A DNA stretch of 64,000 bases, from NCBI RefSeq assembly GCF_009914755.1, contig NC_060936.1; one strand, given 5' to 3'. Position numbers and translations under genes: made by a program. This document shows positions 13,258 through 28,387 of this stretch, piece after piece. This DNA is from the human T2T-CHM13v2.0 reference genome, Homo sapiens. Positions within the stretch are counted from its first letter, which is position 1, and each line of letters begins with the position of its first letter. The notes below the pieces were generated by a model. It had not been told where the DNA came from. It worked only from the letters and a program-made list of their open reading frames with translations, and made no database searches.

Positions 13258-13299
13258 CAAGTAATAGAGTGGCTCCTATGTCAGGCATCACACTTGGTA

Positions 13300-13660
13300 T
13301 TTTATTTAGAGCAAGCTAAGCTCTAAACTCTGAAATCCCATTGACTAAACACCCAAAGTTAATCTTTCACTTACACAAAGTCCTCTATGGGTCAGGTAAC
13401 TCTCCACAGCCGCTATTTCCTTTGTGATCCAAGCTGCCTGGATGGGGTGGCGCCACTGAATCAATATGTCTGCCTCACAGAGGTGGTGCGGGGCTTGTGT
13501 GGCCTCAGTCTGGAAGGAACACTGTGTTGCTTCTCCTCACAATTCATTGGCCCAAACTAGTTTCGTGCCCCTGTAGAATTGTCAGGGGGCTGAGAAATGT
13601 AGTTTTTCCATGCACTCGGGAAGGAGGGGAGATCACAAGTGGTGAGCGCTAGCCATGTCC
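13300..13660 (-). mobile_element. Old MLT1 (K/L-like) LTR
   Basis: ctcacaattcattggcccaaactagt and other degenerate MLT1 motifs. Confidence 0.5.
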
Positions 13661-14077
13661 TCTATAGAGTCATCTTCAATCCATTATCTGAATGCTATGA
13701 AAGCTATTATAGTTCTCTTTTTTTGCCTTTGATGACAGAAGCTCAGAGCTACTAATTGTAGTATAGAGTTTTCCTAAATATGCTTCAGACATTTTTCCTT
13801 CTTCCTTCCCATATTAGGTATTCTTTCTTATTTTAATGTCCTTATTGTTTATATACTTTTTTTCTTTAGGTAAACTGCTTCTGAGTCATTGTGGAAGAAT
13901 AGTAAAGGAATTAATTAATGGAAATAAATAGGAAAAAGTGAAATATACAGATGTTTGCTTCATAGCTATCACTGATGCTTAACCAGGGTTCTTGAGTCTA
14001 ACAAGAGGCATGGATACTAACAATGGTGATGGTAGCAACAAAACTAGTCCTCTACTCGGCAGGGCCTTTTCTCTCCT

Positions 14078-14603
14078 GTTCGATCAGTGTTCTCCAGAAA
14101 ACAAAAACAAAAACAAAAACAAAAACCAGAATCAATGGGATGTGTATATATAAAAATAGAGATTTATTTTGCAAAAGTGGCTCATTCAACTATGGAGGTT
14201 GACAAGTCCAAAATCTGTAGTTCCAGTCTGCTAGCAGTCAGGAAGGGCCTGGGGACAGGCCTAGGGAAGAGCTGATTTTGCAGTTCAAGACAGAAGGCAG
14301 TCTGCTGGCAAAATTTCCTCTTGCTTCAGGGAGGTGGGGTAAACAACTAATACAGCAGGACAGCTGGCAAACAAACAGACATCTGTGAGCTGTCCAAGAG
14401 TATGTTATTGCTATTATTCTATTCAGGCCTTCAACTGATTAGGTGAGGCCCAACCACATGATGCAGAGAACTCTGTTTTACTCAGAGTCTACTGATCCAA
14501 ATGTTAATATCATCCGAAACACCACAGAAACATTCAGAATAATGTTTGACCAAATTTCTAAGCATCATGGCCCCAACAAGTTGACATAAAATTAACCTTC
14601 ACA
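14078..14603 (-). mobile_element. MLT2 (ERVL) solo LTR
   Basis: gttctccagaaa...gagatttatttt...tattcaggccttcaactgatt...aagttgacataaaattaaccttcaca. Confidence 0.85.
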
Positions 14604-14871
14604 CCTACCATGCCCTTCCCTGAGATGGCCCTTGTGAGCTCACTGTAATCCTACCGTCTTGCCTCCTTGTGGGTCCCAGTATGCATTGACAGCCGTTGCT
14701 ATACTCCTGCCTGGTTCTGACCTCACACTGCTACCTACTGTCTTCACCCAAGTCTCCCTTTTCATTGTAATTCTTTTCCCAGGTTCTCAAGAATGGTGGC
14801 CCTGTTCTGACAGTTTTCTTACAGTCCTTTGCCAGAAGAATTTAAGATAAGCACCTCCAGAGGCTTTTTGA

Positions 14872-15039
<168 letters not shown>

Positions 15040-15225
15040 TAGCCTTATTTATTATGGTAAGGAGTTCTCTTTCAGTCGCTACCACTTCTCAGAATCCCAA
15101 GCCTGTTGCGGCTCAGGGTGTCTTATTTGACTACAGAGTGTTCTGGGGGCTTTGATTTCCTCTCATTTTGAGACCTTGTCAGTCCTAACGAATTCTCTCT
15201 CACAGTGGACCATTAAGTTGGCATA

Positions 15226-15449
15226 CAGCCTGGGTAACATGGCAAAATCCCATCTCTACCAAAAAAAAATAGATACATGAAATTAGCCAGGCATGGTGGG
15301 GTATGTGTGGTCCTACTTACTTGGGAGACTGAGGCAAGAGATGCACCTGAGCCCCGGAAATCAAGTCTGCAGTGAGTCATGATCCTGCCTCTGCATGCCA
15401 GCCTGGGTGACAGAGGAGACCGTGCCTCAAAAAAAAAAAAAAAAAAAAA
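15226..15449 (+). mobile_element. 5'-truncated AluJ
   Basis: AluJ-like right arm with poly(A); TSD aagttggcata/aaggtggcata. Confidence 0.85.
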
Positions 15450-15559
15450 AAGGTGGCATAGATATGGAGCTAGAGGCAGGGTAGCTGCAACCAAGTGGTG
15501 AATGTTTCTGGCAGAAGAACGTTAAAGGTTTTTATAAACGTTTTGTTCTAATGATCGAA

Positions 15560-15720
15560 TGCATATTATGTGGCAGGTTCATGTGCTATTTAATTTCTCA
15601 CAACAACCTATGAGATTTACAGTATAGCCCACTTTACAGATGAAAAACTGAGTCTCAGAGAGGTGGATTCACTTACAGATAAACAGCTAAGACAATAGCA
15701 CAACTGGGAAGGGAACAGTC
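15560..15720 (-). mobile_element. MIR
   Basis: ctcacaacaacctatgag...cccactttacagatgaaaaactgagtctcagagagg core. Confidence 0.75.
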
Positions 15721-15736
15721 ATCTGAGAGACATTTA

Positions 15737-16056
<320 letters not shown>

Positions 16057-18375
16057 AAGAGTGCTCTATTGCCACTCTACTTCCCTGTCTCCCAGACCGA
16101 GGAGTCCATGTACAAGATGAACCTTCCTCTGAAACTCCAGCTAAATGGCAATTGTTCAGAAATGGATTTATTCCATATGCAATAATTAATAATATTCCAC
16201 GATGGTCCATTTATTGGTAAGTTGTCAATGACTCAAATTCCTCAAGATCTCCACCTTAAGGGGATTAAAGAAAAACCAGCTCTAAGGAAGGCATATTATT
16301 TATAAAAAGCTGAGGTAGGAAGCAAATGAACTTATCTCCAGAGATAATCTCTTTAAGCATGAAGGAAGCACCTACCTTGACTTCTTAGTTCCTTCTCTAG
16401 AGCTACTTTCCTGACTGAGATAGGAATGTAGGATAAAGTGAGGTGTCCTCTTCCTGATGCTGCAGCTAAGATTTTCATCTTGCTAGGGTATACAAAGCAC
16501 TCTCAGGCTCAGCAGGAAAATATTGAAGTTAAGTTTTCTCTCCCCTCATGAGCTTTATCAGATTTTCATGCTACAGAGAATAGTGAACATGCTGGAGTGG
16601 CAGCGATAAATGAAAAGTCCCCATGGGTGAAGGGAAGACATGATCACCACCAGCACTCTACTTTTTCATTTCTGCTGAACAAAAAAGAAATGGTTTAGCA
16701 ATCTGTGGGTAACTATTGTGTCATAAGGAAAACATGCGATTGGATTTGCACTTACTTCAAGGATAAATGAATCTCTTCTTAACACTCATTGACTTCATTC
16801 TTCAACTTCATCATTTTCAGTTTTCAACCTTCTTTCTCTTGAGGAAAAGAAGAGGAACAGCAAGAAATAACATTTGGGTGCTCTTCTACATAAAATAATT
16901 TGATGAGACCTTTTGATAACACCTAGGAATGGACAGACATCAAGATAGTTTTAGACATCTCCCTATTATTTGCAGGTACCAAGAAGCTAATGAACAGTGC
17001 AAGAGCAAAATTAATACAAACTCAAAAAAAATTATAGATTTCAAATGAAGTGTTTATTTTTAAAGAATAGGATCTATGCCTTGAGAATGATATAAAATTG
17101 GGCCACTAAAATCTTTTTTATTTCCTTATCGGATAGCATTTTAAAACCAAATTTACATGGACACATAGTTGAATTGGTCAATTAATCCTGTAAGATGTAT
17201 GAAGACCCCAGTTTCCTTCCTCAATTTAGGGGATGCTGGTTATGTTAATAGATTTTAACAAATGACAAAAGAAGCGGAGCTAATTAACTCCTGTTTTGTT
17301 TTCGTCTTCTCTAACAAAAACGATACTCTTAAAACAGGAAAGCATTTATCAAGCAACATACAGGATAAACTATAGTTTAACATGGGTTAAGGTGTAAAGA
17401 GAAAACAACCTACTTTGGATGAACTCAAATGTTCATGCCTTAACAACTTATTTCTAAGGATGCTGAAGTAACTTTTTAGGTTCATTTTAGAACTCTGAAA
17501 TTCCAAGCCATCACCTGGAGAATGAGAAAGTGTGTAAGAAAGGTAAATGTCCTATTTAAAAAAAAAAAAAAAAAAACAACAAAAAAACAGGAAATGGCTG
17601 CTTAAATTCCAAAGTGACTTTGCAAAAGATAATTCACAGCATTTAGAAGCAAATGAAGTGGTCACTAAAAGGCACTCTGATTTTCCACTCTGGGTTCCCA
17701 GGATATCTAGTGTGTCAGTGAGTACAGAGGGTGGCATTGCTGCCTTTCCCTTTCCTCGTCTCAGTAAGTTTGGGAGCATATGCTACAACAATGTTATAGC
17801 TAGCTTTCAAAAACCATTTGAAAAAACATTAGAATATCTTTGTGAATAATACGGAGAAAGTTAGGCTGAATGACAGTATGGCACGGTGATGTTGTGGTTG
17901 TTTGAGCAGTGCTATCTCCTCCTTCTCCTCCCCACGTCAAAAGGTTACTATAGAGAAATGTCAAGCATCAGCATAACTGAGTGAATTAAAGCTGTTGAAA
18001 TTTCAGGCATCAGCGAGGCAATGGGGAGATGGTTTCTGCAAAGGTCTTTTTGGCATCCCCTCAAATAATATCAAGTTGGCAACTTCTTGGTTATAGTTCC
18101 TGACGATAATATCCCTTGAGTAAATATTTTTAAAGCCCAAAATGAGCTTTGCAAAGAATGAGAAAAGCAAAACAAAGGACTGTTTCATATTTAAGATTTA
18201 AATCTCTGTTCTTGGACCTGTGCCTAGTTCTATCAAAACAGTGATATCCATCCAACAAATCCCATACAAACTTTCTGCAGTGAACATCTACAGAAATGCT
18301 GATTTTCTAAATGAACTATTGAAAAACTACTTTATTTTCTTTATATTTTAAAAAGCTCTTTAAAAAGCTAAATGT

Positions 18376-18613
<238 letters not shown>

Positions 18614-18844
18614 TCACTTCAGAAAACTTATTTTCACCATGAAGTAAATAGGAAGATGGTTTTATTATTTTTACAAATGACAAATAAAGCCCTTATACAT
18701 GAGTTGGACAAGATAACTGACTGAAAAAACTGGTGTCAGACCAACATTTCTCATCTCCTTTCCTTGTGTAACTTGCATTAACTTTTTTTGAAATGAAGAT
18801 TTTTATTAAATAAAATTTGTATCTGTATTTGTATTTGTATCTGA

Positions 18845-19159
<315 letters not shown>

Positions 19160-20699
19160 TGATACTGAGGTAGAAAAAGCTTCTTCACTGTGATATTTCA
19201 CAGTGACTGGCAAGATGGAAGTCTTGCATCTATGCTCTGACAGTTTGAAAGGAGGAAAAATGCAGCTTGGTTCACTGTTTAGGGTGCTACTTTGTTCAGT
19301 TGTACAGATTTAATAAATCCTGCCATGTTGTGGTTCAGCTTTATTTGGTTTTGTGCTCACCCAAACTCTTGAGAATAAACTAAATCACTTTCTCTCTCTA
19401 GTACTGTGTTAGCTCTGTGCCTTGAATGGAAATGAAATGCAAATGCTTTCATTGCACTATTCCCTTGTTAATTTATCACGTTTAAACACAGCAACATATT
19501 GGAAAACCTTGTTATTTCGTAATCTTCAGATTCTTTGCACAATGATATTAAGAACAGAATAATGAGTAGAGATAAGCCAAAGGGAAGCACATTTCTACAG
19601 GGCGACTGGCAGCGGTCCCACAGCCATTAGTGTGTGGTATCTGGTGAAATTGCTGGAGTTGGCTTGCCCTCCGACTTCATGACAGAGCAAAAAAGAAGGA
19701 AGAAAAAAAATCCCCAGAATTAGAGGAAGTGAGTGAAGCACCACTTTAGAGTCTTAATTATGCTCTAAAATCGTTTATTCTCTCCTTCAAAAATGTATGT
19801 TTTGGTAATGCTCATGCTGTGTGGATTTGTAGTTAAAAGTTAATAACAAATACTAATAAAAAGCAATACGGAGTTTCAACTTCCAGGAAAGGATGAAGTG
19901 AAAGAAGTGTTTAGCAGGGTATAGCATAAACTCTTACACCAGAGGTACCCAATAAACATTTGTGGACTTGACTGATGCTTCATGAGTGGATTTAGAAGCT
20001 GTTCTGTTGTAGTCTTGACATAGCAGGAGTAGAAGTGCTAACCACAGCCAGATGTTGGGGATCATCCAAGAGGCTAAGTTTGTGGGTGGGAATAGGCACT
20101 CAGAGATGATTATACACACATGAAGGGAGAGATAAAAGGTGTTGGAGCTTCTTCCTAGTTGGCTCTTCTTTCTTAGCACATCTTTTTATCCAAGTTGGAG
20201 CTCTGACTCATCAGATTTGGTTTCAAATCCCGCCTTAGAATAAACAAACATCACTCAACATGCATTTAGACAACATTTTACAAATGGTTGCAACCTAAAC
20301 CTACTTTCCTTCACATATGCCATTGTTCTGGACCTCATTCTCAAATCTCAACAATCGTGTTTCAAAAATAGCTGGTATGGTTTTCTGTAGAAGTTTTTGA
20401 CCTCAGGAGAACATTGGTGAGCTTGATTGCACATGAAGTCATAGAGACATTTTACATGGCATTTGCTGACCATATATATCATCCAATTTGTTTTATAAAT
20501 TTTGACCCTCTGTGATGCCTGTCTCCAATTCTTAATATGTATTAATAGTTTAAAATTTGGATCAACAAATAAAGCCTAAACAACCCCTGAGGCAGTTTTT
20601 GAAAGTATTTTGTCCACCAAAATTCTATTTTAAAATGTTCATGTCTGTTTATATATTCTCCAGTATCATATTATCCTATTAACCCGTTGTCTTACCTAA

Positions 20700-21200
20700 T
20701 TTTCTACCTCCTTTTCTCCCTTCCTTTTTCCTTCCTTCCTTCCCCCTCCCTCCCTCCTTCCCTCCCTCCCTCTTTCCTTCCTTCATTCCTTCCTTTTTCC
20801 TTTCCTTCCTTCCTTCTTTCATTCCTTCCTTTCCTTCTTTCTTTCCTTCCCTCCCTCTCTGATATTTGATAATGTACCTTACTTGACCTTTCCTTTCCTT
20901 TTGTTTCCTTTCTTTCCTTCCCTCCCTCTCTGATATTTGATAATGAACCTTACTTGACCTTTCCTTTCCTTTTGTTTCCTTTCTTTCCTTCCCTCCCTCC
21001 CTCCCTGATATTTGATAATGTACCTTACTTGACCCACCTTTCCTTCCTTCCTTCTTTCCTTCATTCCCTCCCTCCCTTCCTTCCCTCCTTCCCTTCCTCC
21101 CTCCATCCCTGATATCTGATCATGTACCTTACTTGACTCAGCCTTAGAAAGCCCCCTTCCTTCCTTCCTTCTATCCATCCATCCATCCATCCATTCATCC
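20700..21200. repeat. Polypyrimidine (CCTT/CCCT) tract with four embedded ~30-bp units, followed by (CCAT)n
   Basis: Units ctgatatttgataatgtaccttacttgac at 20859, 20930, 21005 and 21109. Confidence 0.93.
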
Positions 21201-21204
21201 ACCC

Positions 21205-21535
21205 ATGGGGGGTGGTGGAGCTATTTACTAAGATTGGCAAGACTGAGAGAAAGAGGGGTAATCAAGAGTTCAAGTGCAGACATAAACATTTTATATTTGA
21301 AATGTTAGCAAATGTCCAAGTGAGGATGTCAGGGTACAGGGTATATGAGATAGGAGCCCAGAGGAGGGGGTTAAGCTATAGTTAGACATTTGAAAATCAA
21401 CAGTGAATTAATATGCTTATAGCCACAAGATTCAATAAAATCGCTTAAAGAGTGAGTGCAAGTAAAGAAAAGAAACGGCCAAAGACAAAACTCAGGGCAT
21501 TCTAACATTTCAAGTTCAGGTAGAGAAAGAGGTAA
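21205..21535 (-). mobile_element. L2 fragment
   Basis: tttactaagattggcaagactgag...aatcaagagttc...tttgaaatg...atgtccaagtgag. Confidence 0.55.
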
Positions 21536-23464
21536 AATAATATTTGAATGTTAATGCAATTTTATTTTAAAGAGTCACTCATCCCTGTTGACCTGCTATT
21601 TATTTAGAGTTCACATAATGCATAGTTATCTCTTTGGAGAACTTTAAAAAAATTGCTGTTTTTAGTCTAGAATGTCTGATGGAAGTTGTTTGGCCCAGGA
21701 CTGTGAAGGTGATCATATTAGTATTAGGAGTATTAGCTGCGAGGCCAATTCTTAGATAATGGGGCTTTCCAAGGCTGAGTCAAATAAGGTACGTTATCAA
21801 ATATCAGAACTACAAAGGTGTCAGTACCTGTCACGGGGAAAATGTAAAATGCAATTGGGGAATAAGATAGGAGTGTCTAGAACTGGGGATCTCAGAAAAG
21901 TGAAGGTAAAATTGGGAGGAAGCAAGATAAACAAAGGTAAAACTAGTAGGTCAGAATAAGGCTGTTTGAGATGAGGCTGGAGTTTGAAGTCAGTTCAAGA
22001 ACCAATCTCCTAAACACTTTCTGCCATATTCCTTTTAAGCTGTGCCTGAAACAGCCAAACCACATCAGACAAAAGCTACCCTCCCTCCCGCCACTTTTTT
22101 TTTTGGCATTTCTAATTTTGAAATGCACAGTCAGTTTCTCCCAAATGTTCTCCTCATTTTCAATTCTAATGATTAGAATCATGCCCAATGCTTCCTTCTA
22201 AGAGTATCACTCAGATTTAATCAACATGACTGAGTGTTAGCTATCCACCAGGCTCCAGGCTGGTCAACTGCTCAAACACTGGCTTATTTTTAGGGATTAA
22301 ATTGTCATCTCAGAAAAGGCAGAAGTTCATTTTAATAGCTTACACTGCCATAGTTTAGAAACCATGTGTAAATTTCCTAAATCCTCTTGTGTGCCATATT
22401 CACTTAATAGTTTGTCTCATCTGGAATATTTGAAAATTTAGTCCTGTATGATTTAAATATGGTGTCAGGGGAAGTCTTCACAGTTAATTTTCTTCTCCCA
22501 TGCAGAGAAGGACACATCTGACATAATATAACAAGTCACATTGCCAGAGTAAGAATAAATAGCAAGCTATAAACCAACAAATAAGAAACCGAGTCATAAA
22601 ATGAAAGTGCTTTAAAAATGTGGCCAAATACTGTTATTGTGGAGAAGCCTGAATCTGGCATTAAATTACGCCAAGTGGACCTTTGGCTATGTTATCCAGG
22701 TCATTGTCTTTTCTGAGACCAGATTTTTTTTTTTCCTGGGTTTTCTGGGTTCTTAAGACCCTCAAGTGAATTAATGGGATTAGAGAATCATTTTCAAAAT
22801 TTTAAGAACTTAAAGAACATTTTACACTTACTCATCCGGGACAAAGCTACACCAGCTCAGTAAAACTTTGTATCTTTGCCCTTACCTTCATTTTCCAACT
22901 GTACCATCATATCATTTCTGACAACCTTGTCAGACCCAGAAACTTCAATGTGTTCCTCTAGTCTCAGTTCTTCATCCCCTTTCCAATGGGATGCTGGTTA
23001 CTTTATCATGAACAGATTCTATTAATATATCTTCAAACCAACACACATGAATAAATTGGTTACCCACTAAATGGTATACACTCCCTGTCATGTTTTCCAC
23101 TTGGAGTTGATCTGTTCCTCTGGAGAGGCAGGATGGGCAGGAGAGCAGCCAAGCTTTCCCATCCCCAGATGTTAGGAGACTGAGCCTCTACTGTGTCCCA
23201 TTCCAGGGTTCTCCCGATCCCTTCCTGTCAGGGACGCTGCTGTGTACATCAGATGGATCAGTGTCATAGGAAAGAGCATGATTTGTTACTTGACTAGGAC
23301 CAGTAGCAGAAAAAGAAACTCTTGAGGTGCACAAGCTTAACTCTTTTACTTAACGTCATCTTCTTCCCCTTCAGGACAGTGCTCTTTGTCTCTGGTAGAA
23401 ACTTCTCTCAGGAGACCCCCAAACCAGTAATTAAAAATATTAGATATCTATTAGAATCACCTGA

Positions 23465-23810
<346 letters not shown>

Positions 23811-25989
23811 AAAACTCAGCATTTTTTTTTAAAGCTCCCAGGTAATTCCAATGTCCCTCTAAAGATATCCACCCCTGCAATATGCCTTCTCCCAGGTTCC
23901 AGCTAACAAGATCAAAAGAACTCTGCCTCTTATTATCATCTCATTGTTAATTTGCATTTTTTCCTAGCATAATGTCATTATGATCAGGTGGAGGCAGCCA
24001 GGAGTAGAATAGGTACAACTGAGTTTGACTAAGACTTTTGCCTCTACTTGGTAAAACTCTGTGTTCTTGGCTGCTCCCACTCTTGAGGTTAAAAGAATGC
24101 AAGCCACTTCACATTTCTGCCAGTTTGCTTTTGTTTTATTCTTCTCTCTCCACATGGTTTGGCTCTCTCTCTCTCTCTAGAAGTAGTTCTGGCTGATCTA
24201 CAAAATTTCTCCAGAATTTGATATTTAATAGTTTGATGTCCTTCCCATCTTTTAAATACTTGATTTCCCCTCTCTGGTCAATATTTGCCTGTCAATAGTA
24301 GATCATATCTTATAAAACTGGGTCTTATGGTGAAAGAGAATAAAAGAGACTTTGGTGAAAGAGTGGGTGATTTAGAAAGTGTCTGTGCTTGGGTCAATGG
24401 TAGAGATTTTAATCACCACGTGGTGAAAGTTGAAGGTATCTTGGGCTCACTGTTCAGGGTAGCAGAGACGGCTCCCTGGCCTGCAATTTCTGTTCAGGGT
24501 ACATAGCAATGCCTAACTGGGGTCTTTACCAGAATCAACCTGCAAACCACAGACCAGGCTCCATCCCTGAAAGGAACTGGCTTGCTCTGACATTAGTGGT
24601 TTTGAATTAGGTCAAATATTGCTGGCTTCACAAGGTCTCCAACTACAGCTGGGACCTCCACTAGTATATGTACTGAAGTCACATCAGCATTCTTTTTGAA
24701 ACATCAGGGTTAGCTCATCCTTTATGGGCCAGGCATATTCATTTCTATGGGTATCTCTTGCTTGACATCATGAGTTGTGCCTCCCATCTAAAAGAAGACC
24801 CCAAATTCACTGGTCCCTGAACCAAATTTCATTCCATGATCAACCAGCTTCTCTATATTCTCACTTTGTTTACAGAATGCTCTTGTTATTTCTTTACCAG
24901 AACTAAAATATGACTTCCTCATGAATGTATGTCATTTCCACTGGATCTCCTCAAATTCAGGGACCATAAAGTCAAAAGATGGTGTCAACCTTCTGCCTTC
25001 TCTACAAAATGTAATTTCATTATTCTTCCATCTTCATGAGAAAACATTCTGCCATTCTGAAGATTCTGCCATCTAGGATGATGTCCTTTCTCTCTCATCC
25101 CCAGCATCTACTTCCCTTGGTTAGTTCCTTATGTGAATTATAAATGTGGGCAACTGTTTCACCATCATCATGTCCAACACAAATTCTAACATTATTCTTG
25201 CTATATTAGCTATATTTTGTTTGTGAGTAGAGAAGGGTGGAAATTTGTATATTATACTTCATCTGTGCATAAAGTAGGATGCTGTTTAGAAGATAATTCA
25301 TCTCATCTTGCACTTTAGTCTCCATTTTCCTCATAGTGGGAAAGATAATGATAACACCAAAAAAAAAAAAAAAAAAAAAAAGAAAAAAAAAACAAAACTA
25401 AAAAACCCAAAGCTTAAGCTTATCCTTTTGAAGTATGCAGTCTTTTTGAACTTTAAAACATATCTTTGAGGTTGTTTCAGGTTCGTCATTTGGATAAATG
25501 ATCATTTAAGTCAATGTTGCATTCTTTATCAGGGTAATTTCTCCCCTTTCTTAAAAGGAGTTCTCTTTTATCCTCTTTCTCAAGAGAAAGTACAAGAGAT
25601 GCTAATAGACCTCTTAGCACTGAGGCAGAGGTTCCTGGTCTGAATCTACCTGGACCATTGCTGGTTTTGAATGCAGTGGGCTAAGCTGATCTTACCCTAG
25701 GCATTGGCGTTGGCTGGGGTGTAGCTAATCCTGCTTGATGCTTTGGGGAGTGTGTCCTGGTATTCATATAAGTTAGAGGCACCCACCACAAATTCCTTGC
25801 ATGCTGTGGCCTTCTCATCCCTACCTAAAACCCACTTCTGGTTCAGTGGTTCTCTTAGCACCTCTATGTACTCATTGGGGGTTCAGAGACAGGGAACCCT
25901 CAGCCAATTACTTTACACCATGCTGGAGTATGCGGTGCTCTGTGTTACTCTGTGCCATAATGGAGTATGTGGTGCTCTGTGTGAACTAC

Positions 25990-26760
25990 CCTTGACTTGA
26001 ACAGCTAGTTACCTTCCTCAGACCCTTCTAATCCCTTGTCCACAAGATCTCCACTCACACCTCCAACCAGAAAGTAAAACACAAGCCTTTTCTGTTTATA
26101 ACTTTCCCTTCAAATCCCCTAAGATTTCTGTGCAGCTTTCTGCCTTCTGCATCTTCCTTTCTTCTCATCTGTATTTCTCAAAACAGAGGCTGCTGCTCCC
26201 AACATGGTACTGAAACTGCTCCTCATAAGGCCACAGGAATTCTTCTAACTGCTCAGGCTTTTCTGTATTTTCTTACTGTGCCTCTCTGCTTCATTCAACA
26301 TCCTGGTCCCTTTATTTTTTAAATGCTGCTCTTTCCTCGTTCCACTCAGAACCTTTTGCCTGTTTCCTATATTGTTTTCCTTTCAGTGCTGGTGTTTATG
26401 GAAACTCCGTCCTTGAATTGTTTCTATTCTTATTACAGCCAAATCCAGGAAGAGAGGATATTCTCCCTGAGTGACTGCTTTTATTGTCATGTTAAAACAC
26501 TTTCTTTATATGGCTGCTGCAAAAAAATATGTGTATCTCCAGCTCAAAACTTTTCTCCAAGCTTTAGACTCAATATTGAACTACCTCCTGGATAGCTCCA
26601 GGTCTCCCAGACTCAACATATACAAACTGAACTCATCATTCTTTCCTGCTTTTAAAGATATACTATATTTTAAATCTCAATCCAGCCACCAAAGCTAGAG
26701 AACCTCATCTTTGGTTCCTTTAACTTTTTAAAATCACATATTTATTAAATCCCAACAAAC
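25990..26760 (+). mobile_element. L2 fragments
   Basis: ctgaaactgctcctcataagg...ctcaacatatacaaactgaactcatcatt. Confidence 0.55.
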
Positions 26761-26796
26761 TTCTTCTTCTTGTTTCATATCTGTCAATGACCTGTC

Positions 26797-26882
26797 AGTC
26801 ATCTACCTATCTATCATGTAGCTATCATCTCTCTCTCTCTCCTATCTATCTATCTATCTATCATCTCTCATCTATCCATCTG
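26797..26882. repeat. Imperfect (TATC/CATC)n
   Basis: Read directly. Confidence 0.85.
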
Positions 26883-28002
26883 TCTTCCACCATTATTTGT
26901 CTACAAAGAAAATTTCCTAAAAGTTTACATATAGTAAGATGGTTAAATGTTAACACAAATAAAAATTTCAGAATAGGGTAAATATACATTTTCTAGAAGG
27001 GGAAAAAGAAATATGTAAATAATTAAGACCCAAATTGTTAGTTGTTGTTGCCATAATTAAACCTTAAATTTGGCACCAAACTTTTGAGCAGCTAAAGTAA
27101 AAGTAAGACTAGGTCAGTTACCTAACTCTTCTTATTAGAGAAAACAAGGGAATCTTCGTAACCTAAGTTGAAAACTCTGATTAGCTGAAGCTTTATGCTG
27201 AGAAAGCTTTTCTTATCTTTTCCTTTTACTTAAAGGTCACCTGAAATTAGCCCTTTAGCCAATTCCCTGTGGAAAATGTCCTTTGAGTATTTAATGCTGT
27301 CAAACCTCTCTCTGAAAGAAAGATCTTTTTCCATTTTTCCCAGCCTGACTGTCTGAAGCTGAGGACCTGTATTCTCTGTAGTAGTTCCTAGTCCTCCTGT
27401 TTGACTTACAGTTGTTGTTTCTCTTTCTTAAAGTTCAGGTTTCTTTGCAACTCGCATTTTCAAACCATCAAACTAGTTTCAAGCAGATTTACATGTTTAG
27501 AGATTTTTAGTTTGGGTCTAAGTTGTGTTCTCTTTTGAATTCAGATATGTCTAGACAAGCCCATGGGCCCAGTGGGGCTGACTCACTTGCCAGGGCCATA
27601 TTTCATCAAATGATAGGGGAGTCTTTGAAAATTGTACCTGCATTAATGCCATTAATGGGTAGTGAGAGTGCCTCTTACAGTTATGATTCATGAATGAAGC
27701 AATATCTTTACAATGGATGCTTGTTAGCCTACATCTACATTGAGAAGAAGAATATAGTAGTATCTTCCGGCACTAGAGCAGGGAGGCCACACACAATGTT
27801 TCTAGTATTTGTGCCATCCCTTCACTGGGAATAGAGGTGGCAGTGGTGTGTTGTGACGGAGGCTTCCAAGTACACAGTGCAGTGGTGAAGAGCTCAGGCT
27901 GGACTGGAATTCTGGATCTGCTTTCTCATGTAGTGGCCATGGGGCAACTTCCTTTGCCTCTCTGAACCTCAGTTGCTCTGAGGATTAAAAATAAGGCATG
28001 TG

Positions 28003-28387
<385 letters not shown>

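Noticed and set aside
20859-21155. Four ~30-bp repeats with spacers as a CRISPR array
   Set aside because: Primate DNA; spacers are low-complexity CCTT sequence and similar to each other; no cas genes.
25359-25412. Orphan A-rich tract (also 17558-17588) as a processed pseudogene tail
   Set aside because: No TSD or mRNA-like body upstream; probably simple poly(A) expansion.
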